Source: Felis catus
Lineage: Eukaryota
Direction: 5' to 3'
Assembly: GCF_018350175.1 (NCBI RefSeq)
Contig: NC_058368.1
Coordinates: 77,502,001 to 77,566,000 of the forward strand
DNA length: 64,000 nucleotides
Shown: piece by piece, positions 1-12,597 of the stretch
How the letters are laid out: the number at the start of each line of letters is the position of its first letter
How positions within the stretch are numbered: position 1 is the stretch's first letter
Position numbers and translations under genes: made by a program
The notes under the pieces: generated by a model
The model's database searches: none
Told to the model about the DNA's origin: nothing
The model's input: the letters and a program-made list of their open reading frames with translations, nothing else

Positions 1-21
1 TCATGCCTGGGCTAATCTTAC

Positions 22-101
22 CAGGTTGAGCCATAAGAAATTCCTGATATTCAACCACTGTAATCTATAAAAACAGCAAGTTCACGTGGTTCAATCTAAT
101 A
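22..101. mobile_element. MADE2-like mariner-derived MITE (about 80 bp, imperfect palindrome)
   Basis: caggttgagccataagaaatt...aagttcacgtggttcaatctaa; inverted ends resemble the recalled MADE2 consensus TTAGGTTGAACCATATGAAATTG...CAATTTCATATGGTTCAACCTAA. Confidence 0.7.
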
Positions 102-854
102 AACTTAGAAACTCTAGGTTTTATATAGGAAGAAAAACTATACTCCCCCAAGTTTCTCGCCTTCATCTCTATATGTCCTTTAATTTCAAAAGCATTTCCA
201 TATCTACACATGTAAACTAGCAGCCCAGGGTAAGGTCTACAACTTTATCTCTGGTTCCCTGTTGGGGTGGGAACATCTTTAAGCCTTTCTGTGCAAATAT
301 ATGGACGGTATTGTATTTACCGTGTTATCTTCTCTTTGGGTGTTTATCCCCCCTTCAGTATGCACGGAACAGTAGAACTAAGTAGGAAAATTACAAACGT
401 CAAGATAATAAATATTTATTGCCTGCCTAGTAGATATTGCGAGGAATACAAAGCAGATACAAAGGAAAAATGAAAGGAAACCCAAGAAAGAAATAACCAG
501 ATGAGAGGAGGTGAAAGAGAATGCCAGCCAGCTGGGCTAGGCAGAGGAGAGCAAGAATCAACGCCTCAGACGTTGGAAACCAGTGATGGCCGCGGGCTGT
601 TCTAAATTCAAGGCTTTTGCAATTTACCGAATGAAAGCTCAGTAGCCCGTATTTTAAAATGGAAAATTGGCAAATACGGTGTTTATAAAAATGTTTGCAC
701 GGGACAAGGTGAAGAAGGGCTAAGAATGAAAACGAGATCCAAGGCCTACTTACGAATGACATACAAATCTTTACACAAAAAGCCTCACACGTCCTCAGTT
801 ATTTGTCGATTTTCGTCTGTGATACCTCAAAAGTCTTCTACTATACTCGTGATA

Positions 855-1082
855 TTTATTTATTTATTTTTATTTATTTTTAATGTTTAGTCATTTTTGA
901 GAGAGAGCGAGAGAGTGCAAGCAGAGGAGGGGCAGAGAGGGAGGGAGACACAGAATCCAAAGCAGGCTCCAGGCTCCCAGCTGTCAGCACAGAGCCCGAC
1001 GCGGGGCTCGAACCCACAAACTGTGAGATCATGATGTGAGCCGAAGTCGGACACTTAATCTACTGAGCCATCCAGGCGCCCC
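855..1082 (-). mobile_element. CAN-SINE (SINEC)
   Basis: Reverse of ggggcgcctgg...gttcgagccc head, (CT)n tract and AATAAA/A-rich tail. Confidence 0.95.
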
Positions 1083-1087
1083 TTAAC

Positions 1088-1316
1088 TTTTTAATGTTTA
1101 TTATTTGTAAGAGAGAGAGAGAGAGAGAGAGCATAAGCAGGGGAGGGAGAGGGGGAGGGGGAGGGGGAGGGGGAGGGGGAAGGAGGAGACACAGAATCTG
1201 AAGCAGGCTCCAGGCTCTGAGCTGTCAGCACAGAGCCCAATGCGGGGCTCGAACCCATGAGATCATGACCTGAGCCAAAGTCAGACACTTAACTGACTGA
1301 GCCACCCAGGCACCCC
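1088..1316 (-). mobile_element. CAN-SINE with expanded (GGGGGA)n tract, tandem to the previous copy
   Basis: SINE head ends at 1316; G-rich hexamer repeat at 1141-1185. Confidence 0.95.
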
Positions 1317-2401
1317 TATATTAATGATTTTTAAATGTTACATAGGTATAACATGTAGACTGTAGCTCTCTTAACGGCTCATATAATCCGTGTTTGGCCC
1401 CTAATTTGTGAAGACTGGTGCATATTTGAACTTGCCTTACTTTCAGACTCGAAATTCCTTTACATGGAAAAGCTCCACATTAAAAAAAAATCCATGCCCC
1501 ATATTTTTCACCTTTCTGCTTCTTGGCATTGCTATCAACCAACTATATTTTGGTCTTACTGGTAGCTCTTCTTTAAGCCTTTGGACTATAATATCCAAAA
1601 AAAGAAGCAATTTTTGAGCTGTGCAAAAATTTCTTTGCCCTCAAGAGAGAGCTGTTAATTTCTGTGTGACTTTGAATGCCAATCCGATTTGTGCACTTAA
1701 AGAGCAACCCCAAACCATATTATATGGCGTCAAGGTCAAAGGGAAGGAGGACTGAAAATATTAGCTGCCCTTCAAAACCCTTCCCAATCTTCTGCTTCAC
1801 TGGTGACTGCAGACAGCATCCCTTGAAGCAGAGAAGTTTTGATGTTTCAGCTCAGGTGAAAGTAGTCTAACATTTTTAAGCAATTTTAATCTATTTCGTT
1901 TTTATTTTCCAATAATAGAGTTCAAAACGGCTGGGGGGAAACAAGTGTGTCAGGACAACCACAAAAAGTCAGGGCGCTTGTAATAAGCAGGCTTGATCAA
2001 GCACTTTGATCTAAATTTAAACATTTACAAATAAGGTCTGGGAAGAATGGAGACGTGAGTACATCAGTCCTACAAATCACGGCCATTTCCTCCTTCCCAG
2101 TCACCATTTACGTAAGTCCTTGGAGATAATGCCAAGGTAATTAGGTGGGGAAGGGCATGCCTTATTATTCCTACCATGGTGCCTGACATCCACATCAGAG
2201 GAACAAATGGACAGTTCCAAATAAGGGGAACGATGGAGGTGATCAGGGAGGCTATCTGATCACGGAGAGACGATGCCAGAGTGTAGTCATCTTGGGATCT
2301 ATATCATCTTTGACATTATACAGAGTACAAGAGATCTCAACTATGGGCAACAGGGAAACAAAGATGACATTTCATAGACTCCCTCCATCTCTCTCTCTCT
2401 C

Positions 2402-2588
2402 TTTAAAGATTATTTTGAGAGAGAGAGCAAGCAGGGGAGGGGCAGAGAGAGAGGAGAGAGAATCCCAAGCAGGCTCTGCACTGTCAGTGCAGAGCCCAAT
2501 GCGGGACTCGAACTCAAGAACCTGAGAGCATGACCTGAGCTAAAATCGAGACTGGGACACTTAACTGACTGAGCCACCCAGGCACCTC
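2402..2588 (-). mobile_element. CAN-SINE (older subfamily)
   Basis: gagccacccaggcacc head and gaatcccaagcaggctct body; flanks share ccatctct. Confidence 0.9.
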
Positions 2589-2841
2589 GACGCCTTCCAT
2601 CTCTAAGATTCTATGCTTTTTCACGTAGCACAAACAACAGACCTAGAAATCAACTGAATGTGTCATCCTAATCGCAACGTTGCTAGATGTGTGCGTAAAA
2701 TTTATGAAATTTCATGATCTTAATAATGTTTCTCACCTCGTTAGTGATCTAGGCTGAAGTGAGGAGGGCACTTGCTTGGGCTCGAGGCAGAACACTCAGA
2801 GGGGCAGAGGGCTAAAGCCCCGTGCAAAAAGATTTTCTACA

Positions 2842-3050
2842 GGGGCACCTGGGTGGTGCAGTCGGTTAAGCGTCCGACTTCAGCCAGGTCACGATCTCGC
2901 GGTCTGTAAGTTCGAGCCCCGCGTCGGGCTCTGGGCTGATGGCTCAGAGCCTGGAGCCTGTTTCCGATTCTGTGTCTCCCTCTCTCTCTGCCCCTCCCCC
3001 ATTCATGCTCTGTCTCTCTCTGTCCCAAAAATAAATAAACGTTGAAAAAA
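2842..3050 (+). mobile_element. Young felid SINEC_Fc-type SINE
   Basis: Diagnostic cttcagccaggtcacgatctcgcggtc and gtttccgattc; TSD aaaaagatttt(c/g)taca. Confidence 0.95.
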
Positions 3051-4180
3051 AAAAAGATTTTGTACATAGCTCCTGGGAAACTAACACCACAGACAATAAA
3101 CAAGGCCTACATTTTCTGAGCACTTACCCCTTTTGAGTTATTGTTCTAGATACTTTATATGATGCCCCTCACGTCGTCCTGCAAATGATCCCACACCAGA
3201 GGTACAATCATATCCCCATCTTGATCTTTTGGACAGTGTTTTAAGTTCCAAGGGAAGCTTTTGGGTTCTACGCCCTTGAGAGTCGACATAAAACGACTGA
3301 AAATAGTTAAGGGGAAAAGGGGTGCTTTAATTCTGAAATTTGGACACTGCCGGATCTAAAGACGGAGAGTCCGCTCCACGTCGTATTTTGCAACCTCGGA
3401 TCAGGAAGGTGGCCTGAAGCAGGAAGAGACATGGGGGAAGGTTGAGACACTGACAAAGGCAAGACGCAAGCAAAAGGCCACAGCAAGAGGGATTCACCGT
3501 CATCTCCAAGTAGCGGTATCATCTTTTTCTAGTGAGCAAGGATCATGGTTAAGAGAAGCGTCTGTCGCTCGCCCTGTCTGAAAAGGAGTGAGCAAGTAGG
3601 AGAACGCATACAGGTGTGGCATTCACAGCCTAGGGTGCGGGCCTGCTAATTCTCATCTCCTATGCATCTTCGGAAGATCTCGAGGTAAAGGACCTTTTTG
3701 GGTATTGAAGTAGGTATCTGAGTGGAAAACATCCCCAACAGACCATCGCAGCCAAAATCTGGGAGCATCAGAAAAGGACAAAAATACCCACAAGTGGTTT
3801 GCTTTCAGAGTTACGGAGGCGTATTTCTGTCTGGCTCTGCTGCATGTTACGTAAGCAGATCTTAGGCAGGAAGAGAGGAACAACAATCAATACCAGCTAA
3901 ATTGAATTCAGTGCCTGAACAACTACATTTACCACGTAAGGCCAGAGAGAGAGAGAGAGAGAGAGGGAGGGAGGGAGAAAGATTTTAAATAACACACAAA
4001 AGTGCTATTTCTTCCCGATATAAATGATCAGATAATGAAGTGAACAATAACTTTAGTCCCTTAAATTTAAAAATATTTTATTACTGAAATGTAACTATAG
4101 AAGCATAACCTTCATTTTAGAAACAATTTTGCATCCCACCATGTTCCCAAGGAAAGAGTATTTTCGTCTGCATCTTATTG

Positions 4181-4207
4181 CTTTTTTTTTAATGTTTATT
4201 TATTTTT

Positions 4208-4246
<39 letters not shown>

Positions 4247-4414
4247 CACGAGCGGGGGAGGAGCAGAGAGAGAGAGGGAGACACAGAATCTGAAACAGGC
4301 TCCAGGCTCTGAGCTGTCAGCACAGAGCCCGACACGGGGCTCGAACCCATGAACCGTGAAATCATGACCTGAGCCGAAGCCAGACGCTCAACCGACTGAG
4401 CCACCAAGCTGCCC
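4181..4414 (-). mobile_element. CAN-SINE
   Basis: Typical head, (GA)n on + strand and tttatttatt tail. Confidence 0.95.
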
Positions 4415-6127
4415 TCTTTTTGCTTTTTTAATCTAAAAACGATTTGTCATTTAAAAATGCTAGCTTAGTTGTAAAGTCAAGGGGAAATTGACCGTAAAGG
4501 TATTTTAAATGCAAAAAAAAAAAAAAAAAAGAGTCAAATAATCATAACTGGAAAGAGTACAACTCATAAGATATGCCTAAGACAGGTAACAGGTCACTTA
4601 AAAATTGTTATTCATTCCCAAACTAAGTGAAAAAGATACCCCAGGTAAGCACATAGACAGTCTACTTGTAAAATGATAAGGACTAAAAGTTATAGGCGGT
4701 CAATACTATTATCGTATCACAGGAGTGTATTCTATTACGGTTCTATTACGGCCTTCCTTTCATTTGCTGTTTGAATCACTACGTGACTCTCAAAACTATC
4801 TGAGGAACAGAACTGCCATAGAAATAAAGATGTAGACTGCCGGAAAGTCTCTACCTTTCCAGTAGTAACGGACCAACTATGGCTTCTCGTATTCAGAGTC
4901 TCAAGTGAGAAGTTAGGTATTCAGGCCAATGTTACATTTTAAATGGAGCCAGCACAACTCAGTGGAGATTTCTGTATGCTCCATTTTGCAAAGAGCGATA
5001 AATCAACATCCTCTTGCAAACACTATCTTTCCTCCTTAGATCTTTAAATACAGAAAACGTGGGTCTGGTGGAAATCAAACGGCAGAGAGGACTTTCCCTG
5101 GAGCTCCGGTGGGGTCCTTCTTGCTAGTCACCTGGTGACGGTGGCCTGCGTCTTCAGACACAGGACCTCAGCACCTGGGCCAGGCAGTCTGCGCCAACCG
5201 TGACCTGCTTATCCTTTCACAAGGGGTAACGTGTCCTTGAGGTGGCAGGATCTTGTGTTCTCTGCTTTAATGAGGATGCCATTTTTATAAACATCAAAGA
5301 CAGGCTGGACAGCCAGCCCGGCAGGGCTGAGAGGTTCTGTCAGCTCAGCCGACCCTGCGCCCAGCAGCATATTGGGTCATGTGGAAAGGGAGCAGAACAG
5401 ATCATCTGTTCTCCTTCGCCGAGGGCTGGCTGGCCTTGCCAAGAGCAATCTCAAGTGACTTCCCCTGAGTCCCTACTCTGGGTCCGGGTATAAGCTCAGC
5501 ACAAAAACCAAAACAAACAAACAAACAAAACCCACAGAAGCTATTAAAGCCCTGTTGCTCCTTTATTTCGCAATTTTTAAATGCCTTCCAACAGGGTTAT
5601 TCCTAAGAACTGGCTTATGACATCTCTATTTTGGGGAATGACTGATTGACACCTTCCTTAGACATCAGACAGACTTGATGACATGATGGCCCCAGTGCTC
5701 TGCTTTCTGGAATGCTAACAAGCCATAGTGCGGCTCTCACACCTCCTTCCTCTCCAACTGCCTTCGTCCTGATGATCCCCGTATCACATTAATCCCCATG
5801 CAGCCTTCCTCTGAGATGGCAGTGTGCAACTCTCCACTAACACCCACCCTTTCTTTTTCACGTTCTTTTTCTGTAGAACTCTGTCTTTAACTCGTGGACT
5901 AATGTACCACGATACCATTAATAATTTTACGACTTATTAGAAATTCTTGCTAGAAATCAATAAAACAAGTAAGATTTACTAATGGAGCATGCCACCTTCC
6001 TATTATTCAAAGGATCCCTGAGAGTAGTGTGTTAATTGTTATATATTTACTAGTTAATTCCGTCTCTTAAACATGTTTGCTGTCTAGACAGTGATGTAAA
6101 AATAGTCCGAGTTTGTGAACGCACACC

Positions 6128-6355
6128 TTTTTTTTTTTTTAAATTGTTTTTTCAACTTTTATTTATTTTGGGGACAGAGAGAGACAGAGCATGAACGGGG
6201 GAGGGGCAGAGAGAGAGGGAGACACAGAATCGGAAACAGGCTCCAGGCTCTGAGCCATCAGCCCAGAGCCTGACGCAGGGCTCGAACCCACGGACCGCGA
6301 GATCGTGACCTGGCTGAAATCGGACGCTTAACTGACTGCGCCACCCAGGCACCCC
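6128..6355 (-). mobile_element. Young SINEC_Fc-type SINE
   Basis: Diagnostic body; perfect TSD tgaacgcacacctttt at 6116 and 6356. Confidence 0.95.
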
Positions 6356-6444
6356 TGAACGCACACCTTTTAAGAAAACCATTGCATCGAGTGCAAAGGG
6401 ATTTGTTTTTATGATCCGAAGAAACATCATTTTCAAGAAAGCTG

Positions 6445-6466
6445 TTTTAAAAGTTTATTTATTTTT

Positions 6467-6512
<46 letters not shown>

Positions 6513-6671
6513 AGGGAAGGGACAGAGAGAGAGGGAGAGACAGAATCCCCAGCAGGCTCTGCACTGTCAGTACAGAGCCTGATATGAGACTCAAACCCAC
6601 GAACCGTGAGATTATGACTTGAGCCGAAACTGAGAGTTGGACCCTTAACCAACTGAGCCCCCAGGCGCCCC
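6445..6671 (-). mobile_element. CAN-SINE with long (GA)n
   Basis: ccaggcgcccc head end; (GA)n at 6471-6510. Confidence 0.95.
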
Positions 6672-6923
6672 TCAAGAACACTTTTAAGCAAATGTTTTTC
6701 AAAGACTTATGACAGAATTATCTGAAAGCATGAATTATAGAGACTGAAGTTATGCTGTTCAGTTCAATTAGTACTTGATGGGGGTCTGCTACCAAAAGGC
6801 ATTGGTTTTTATTACCATCCTCCACGTTTTGAAGACCTGGGAAGGAGTTTTCTGCGCTTGTAAATATTATCATAGGGAATGATGTCATTTTACAAAGAGA
6901 AAATATTCCGAAGGGAAAGCACA

Positions 6924-7097
6924 TGACTCACATATGAATTCCATCACTCACTATCTTCTCACAGTGGTCTGGAGCAGTCTGCTGCAGGATCTCCCGCGCT
7001 GAGCTCCGCCCCCATCCCATCTGCCTGAGATCCTGGGGAAGGGCGGGTGGTGACAAGGACATAGAGAAGGGGGACAGGATGGGGATAAAGGTCCAAT
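6924..7097 (-). promoter_or_regulatory. Candidate promoter or enhancer with possible short minus-strand first exon
   Basis: TGACTCA 6924-6930; minus-strand donor GTGAGT (actcac 6946-6951); GC boxes 7004-7013 and 7041-7048; GATAAA 7084-7089; CCAAT 7093-7097. Motif inference only. Confidence 0.3.
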
Positions 7098-7995
7098 GAA
7101 GTATCAGAATCTCTCAGGCTTGCAAAGCAGAAAGCGTCCACTTTTTCTGCAGAAGGGTGAATTTCAGATGTTCCCCGGGGATCTGCGTTTGACCCGAGGT
7201 CAGTGTCTTCCAATAATGTGCCAGGCTCTTGTCGGGATAAAGAAGACGAGAAGGTCAGCTCCTCTCCCTGGCAAAGCCCAGAGAGAGATGGACTGTAAAC
7301 TCCCAGGCTAGGACGATACTACGTTCATTTTGAAGCCCGGACCACAGACAGGAAGGGGTGTGTTTCTCAATGTTACACATCAAATTAGTGGAACATAAAC
7401 TGTAAATCTCCTCTACAATGGTTTAATTATATTTGACCAATATAGTCGGCCAATGACATTCCTGGGGCATATTATATAATATTTCTCCCTCTCTTATTTT
7501 TCTGTCCTTGATTATTTTATGAGAAATTGTCATAAACACACACAACATGAAGAATATGAACGTGACCAGTTAGTTCAACTAGCAACTTAATTAATTTGGA
7601 ATTGCAGGACTAGAAACATCTAATAAAAAAGAGTGGAGATAGGTACAGAGAAAGGGAAACTCTGATAGTGAGTTCTAGAACACACATTTAGACTGTAAGC
7701 GTGTAGTATGTTACAGTTCTAAGCAGGAAGAAAAGTATAAAAATATTTAGAGATATTAAGTGTCTTAACTTTGCTGCACTTGTCAGAATTATAGTCCTCA
7801 AAGATCTATGTATGACTAATAAATAATAAGACATACAGTTAATATGTAATAAGTATGTATCTCTATACACATATATATGTGTCGTACTTTTTGAAAACAA
7901 AAATAGATACTGGACAGTTGGACACACTGGTCCAAAGCTTGGGAGGAAAATTGGAGTTTAAGATATAAATCGAGGAGCGACCAATGCACGTGCGT

Positions 7996-8018
7996 GCACA
8001 CACACACACACACACACA
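7996..8018. repeat. (CA)n microsatellite
   Basis: Direct. Confidence 0.95.
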
Positions 8019-8264
8019 CGAGGGAATAAAATCTCCCACAGGAGACACATATATACAATTTATTATCTCTAATCCAGAGGATTATAAAAAGTATAGGCTA
8101 ATAGTGTAAAATAAGTTTTCTTTTCCAGGATGGAGCTAAATTTGGTACAAGAGGGGTATTGTCTGTTAAGTAGATGCAATTTGTTGCCAAGTGTCAAAAT
8201 TGTAACACATAGAACCAGCATGGTGCTGTGGGACGTGTCCAGGGTTTGAAATCACCACTTATCT

Positions 8265-8440
8265 GGGGCGCCTGGGTGACTCAGTCCCTTAAGCATCTGA
8301 CTCTTGATTTCGGCTCCGGTCATGATCTCACAGTTTGTAAGTTCAAGCCCCACATTGGGCTCTGTGCTGACAGCTCTGAGCCCATTTTGGATCCTATGTT
8401 TCCCTCCCTCTCTGCTCTGCTCTCACTTGTGCACATGTGC

Positions 8441-8476
<36 letters not shown>

Positions 8477-8492
8477 GCTCTCTCAAAAAAAA
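8265..8492 (+). mobile_element. CAN-SINE
   Basis: ggggcgcctgggtgactcag head, (CT)n, A tail. Confidence 0.95.
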
Positions 8493-8507
8493 AGACTAGA
8501 ATGCTCA

Positions 8508-8764
8508 TTTTTTTTTAAATTTTTTTATTTTTTTTATTTTTTAAGTATTCTTTTTTTTTTTCAACGTTTATTTATTTTTGGGACAGAGAGAGACAGAGCA
8601 TGAACGGGGGAGGGGCAGAGAGAGAGGGAGACACAGAATCGGAAACAGGCTCCAGGCTCTGAGCCATCAGCCCAGAGCCTGACGCGGGGCTCGAACTCAC
8701 GGACCGCGAGATCGTGACCTGGCTGAAGTCGGACGCTTAACCGACTGCGCCACCCAGGCGCCCC
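8508..8764 (-). mobile_element. Young SINEC_Fc-type SINE inserted at the tail of the previous SINE
   Basis: TSD tagaatgctcatt at 8497 and 8765; long T-rich tail. Confidence 0.95.
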
Positions 8765-8869
8765 TAGAATGCTCATTATTTAAAAAAATGAAGCCACTAC
8801 TTATCAACTATATAGCTTTAGACAAGTCATTTGGCTCCTAAAACCTTATCTTCCTATCAGAATTAGGTG

Positions 8870-9685
8870 ATGAGCATTTTCAGCGTGTCCACTCAGTAAA
8901 TGCTGTTCGATGGATGAGAAGGACATAGCTGCCATGACTTGTTTCTAAAATGGACAGCAGGCGTATGTGCAGGGAAGGAGGCAGATCAGGTACACACAGT
9001 TGCATTGAGCATTGCCGACACTCTGCTGGTTGAGAATGGCTCTGCCACCAAAGAGCTCTCAGTCCAGGGGGGGGATGAGACCGGGACAACAGCTATCTCA
9101 ATAACGGCCAGATGTGGGCAAGTTCAAGGTGCTCATGGAGGGGATTGATCCTGAGCTGAATCTGGGATGACGAGTAGGGTTTAGCTCAGGGAATCAAGAA
9201 GGAAAGGGCTTTCCAGACAGATGGTACCAGGGCAACAATAAAGAGTCAGGGAACGATGCGCTTTTGTGTGGGCAGAATATCAAGCAATTTGCTGTTCTTG
9301 TAAATTGCAGGGCAGGCCGTGGCGATGAAACCCAACAATCAGACACAGAAACCGGGCCTTGTAAGTCATTGCAAGAAACTTGGGCTTTAGCATGTATTGG
9401 AAGATAAGCCACGGAATAACACAGGATTTTAAGAAAGGGGGGAGCTTCACGCAGAGATGTTTTAGTTAGATTATTAGAACAGCGGTATGAAGGATAGATT
9501 TAAGTGGGGCAAGATTATAGAGAGAGGAACAAGTGACATGCGATATTCAAAGGAAATGATGGAGACCTGGGCGAGGGCAGTGGCATTGGAATGGGAAGGA
9601 GGAGATGAGAATTTGCAGGATACATACAGGACAATGTGACTGATTGAACTTGGAAGACAACAGGAAAAAAACTATTTTAGATTGA
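8870..9685 (+). mobile_element. Degraded L2 fragments, continuing at about 10120-10480
   Basis: L2-like phrases such as ctgagctgaatct, gggccttgtaagtcattgcaagaaacttgggcttt and ggattttaagaaaggg. Confidence 0.55.
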
Positions 9686-9689
9686 GCAC

Positions 9690-10115
9690 TGTATCAGTTC
9701 CCTGGGGCTACTGTGACAAAGGACCAGAAGCTGGGTGGCTTAAAATAACAGAAATTCATTCTCTCACACTTCTGGAGACCTAAGCCCAAGATCCAGGTGT
9801 GGCAGTCACAGGCCCTGGAAGGTTCTAGGGCGACTGCTCCATGCCTCTCTCTCTCTCTCTCTCTTTCTCTGGCTGACAGCTGTACCTTCCTCTCTCTGCC
9901 TGTCATCACATGGCTTCCCATGAATGTCTGTGTCCTCACACAGCACTTTCCTCTTCTTCCAAAGACACTGGTCATATTGGATTAGGGCCCACCCTACTGA
10001 CCTCTTCTTAGCTTGATTATATCTACGAAGACCCTATTTCCAAATAAGATCGCATTCACAAGTACTTAAGACTTCAACATAAATTTTGAGGGGAGGGCAC
10101 AATCCAACCTATAAT
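9690..10115 (-). mobile_element. MaLR solo LTR (MLT1C-like)
   Basis: tgtatcagttccctggggct...gggtggcttaaaataacagaaattcattctctcac...cacaatccaacctataa. Confidence 0.85.
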
Positions 10116-10596
10116 AAGCATCAAATTTCTAGTTTGGATAAGTTTGTCTCATTTATTGTAAGAGGGTATTAAAAGCTGGTTTGGGGAGGGTGCTTATGAG
10201 TTTAGTAGGACAGGTGAACAGAGCTAATGAACATTTGGACACACTGTTCTAGAGCTCAGCAGGTAGAGTAGGGGTTTAGATACAAATCCAGGTGCTGTGG
10301 ACACACCTAAGCATAGGCATTTCCCCAGGAAGTATGAAAGGAAACAAGACCAGTAGCACAGGACTCTGGGAATAAATTCCTTATGAAGCAGGAGGAACGT
10401 GACCTGGGGAGAATGGTCGTGAGCAGACAGCCAGCAGAGAGGCACCGTGCAGGCCAAAGAAGTCAGGAGACTGGCAAGTTTCTGAACCTGAGAGCTCTGT
10501 TAAGGCAAATCCAGGGAGGAAATTAATTTCTGTTAGTAGGAAATGTAACTTACGAGTCACTCTAAATCCAAATGAAGCGTTGATGTCACGACAGTT

Positions 10597-10940
10597 TTAT
10601 GGGCTGAACTGTATCTCCCCAAAATGCATATGCTGAAGCCATAAAGCCTAGTACCTCGGAATGTGACTGTGTTTGGAGAGAGGACTTGGAAGTGGTATTT
10701 AAGTTACAACTGGTGTCCTTGTAAGACGAGGAAATCTGGATACAGACACACACAGAGGGAAGACCATGCGAAGACCCGGGTTGAAGATGGCCAACCGTGA
10801 GTCAAGAGGACAGGCCTCCCTCCCCTTGAGACCTCCCTAACCCTGCTAGCACCTTGACCTTGGATTCCCAGTTCCCAGAATTGTGAGAAAAGAAACTTCT
10901 GTTGTTTAAGCTACCAGGTCTGTGGTTCTTGTTATGGTTT
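10597..10940 (+). mobile_element. MaLR solo LTR (MLT1B/C-like)
   Basis: ttatgggctgaactgtatctccccaaaatgcatatgctgaag...aaacttctgttgtttaagctacc. Confidence 0.85.
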
Positions 10941-11203
10941 CTACAAAAATATTTAATAGAAATAGTGCCTATTATTTTATTTTATTTTACTGCCTATTTT
11001 ATTTTATTATTAAATAAAAATATTTAATAGAAATATATGACAATAACAATTTCAAGATAAGGAGACTTCCAGTCTGTGAGAAGTAAGGGAGATGATTCAA
11101 ATACCAAATAAAAGCTGTGCTGTCTGGTTGACAGTAGGTTTACAACATAGTGGAAATATGCATGAACCCCTCCCCCCACCAGGATGGTCCCCACACCCTT
11201 AGA

Positions 11204-12180
11204 CACTTCACTTCGGTTTCTTCTCCCCCCTCTCCATTTCCCGGGCTTATTTTTTGCGGACTTTGCAATGAGGATGCACCAAAGAACTGAAGTCTCTGTG
11301 TCACCTCGGGGAACGTACACTCGTTCAATCGGACTACTTTTTGCCTTCCATGGGCATAGGTGACATCCGGGCCAGGCTGTAACCTCTGCAGTGCTCAGCC
11401 AATGAGGAACCAGGGGAGGAACTTGCACACTAGGAGATAAATTGTCTGCTGTAACTGCCCCCAGTGTGCCTGCCCGTCAGACACCTGCTCTTGCAAGAAC
11501 GATGACTGAAGCCTCGCTCCACTGTGTTCTGAGTCGCTGTGTCCCTCCTTTGACGAGCACTTATTGAGCCTGTCTGTGCCTCAGTTTTCCCCCTCATGCA
11601 ATGTGCTATTTTTTTGAGAGAGAGAGAGAGAGAGAGAGTGGGGGAGAGGGGCAGAGGGAGAGAGAGAGGGAGGGAGAGAGAGAACCATAAGTTGAGCATG
11701 GAGCCTGACACGGGGCTCGATCCCCTGACCCTTCGGTCATGACCTGATCTGAAATCAAGACGCGGTGGCTCAACCAACTGAACCACTCAGGCGCCACCTG
11801 CCCCCCTCCTTTTTAAAATTTTTTTATTTTAGAGAAAGCCTATATGATGTGCTATTAATGATACTCTGTTCATTGGCTGTAGTGAGGATTTAATGATTAA
11901 CATAAGAGAAGCCTTTCAAAGTGTCTGGGATACAGTAGGCATCTATTTTATTGTTGGGTAGAAAGCAGACACAAATCCGCGCTGTTACTGAATGTCAGGT
12001 CTTATAAAAAAGTCATGTAATTACTCTAACACTTGGTTTCTTTGCCTGCAAAATGGGAACAGCTACATGACAGGTGTTACCAAACTGGCGATGTGGAATC
12101 CCTAAATGTGACCTGCTGTCCAGCCGCAGTTGGCGGAGAGTGGGTCCCTTCCTTTTCGCGAGGGACTCCCCACGTGTGAC
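11204..12180. promoter_or_regulatory. Candidate inducible, immune-type enhancer motif cluster split by a SINE
   Basis: IRF-like GAAACCGAAGTGAAGTG (minus, 11204-11220); C/EBP-like 11261-11269; ETS/PU.1-like ggggaggaact 11413-11423; kB-consensus GGGACTCCCC 12162-12171 abutting CACGTG. Confidence 0.3.
11607..11795 (-). mobile_element. CAN-SINE (diverged)
   Basis: caggcgcc head end and (GA)n. Confidence 0.9.
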
Positions 12181-12368
12181 TCTCCCCGAGGCCCTGCAGA
12201 AGCAGTGGAGCAAATCGAGAAAACTTCCTTGGCCAGCACTCGTGGCAGAGCCTGCTGACTCCGGAGGGTCTTTGGAAATCTGATCTTCCCATTACCTCCT
12301 CTCTTGAAAAAAAACCTATGAACTCTTAAACCCTTGGACACACAGAACACTTAGTCACCCAACCCTAC

Positions 12369-12597
12369 TTTTTTTTTTTTTTAAATTTTTTTTTCAACGT
12401 TTATTTATTTTGGGGACAGAGAGAGACAGAGCATGAACGGGGGAGGGGCAGAGAGAGAGGGAGACACAGAATCGGAAACAGGCTCCAGGCTCTGAGCCAT
12501 CAGCCCAGAGCCCGACGCGGGGCTCGAACTCACGGACTGCGAGATCGTGACCTGGCTGAAGTCGGACGCTTAACCGACTGCGCCACCCAGGCGCCCC
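12369..12597 (-). mobile_element. Young SINEC_Fc-type SINE
   Basis: Near-consensus body; TSD cccaaccctacttttt. Confidence 0.95.

Noticed and set aside
4730..4751. Short 11-12-bp tandem doublets here and near 40218, 58405 and 59783
   Set aside because: Ordinary slippage duplications at expected frequency.
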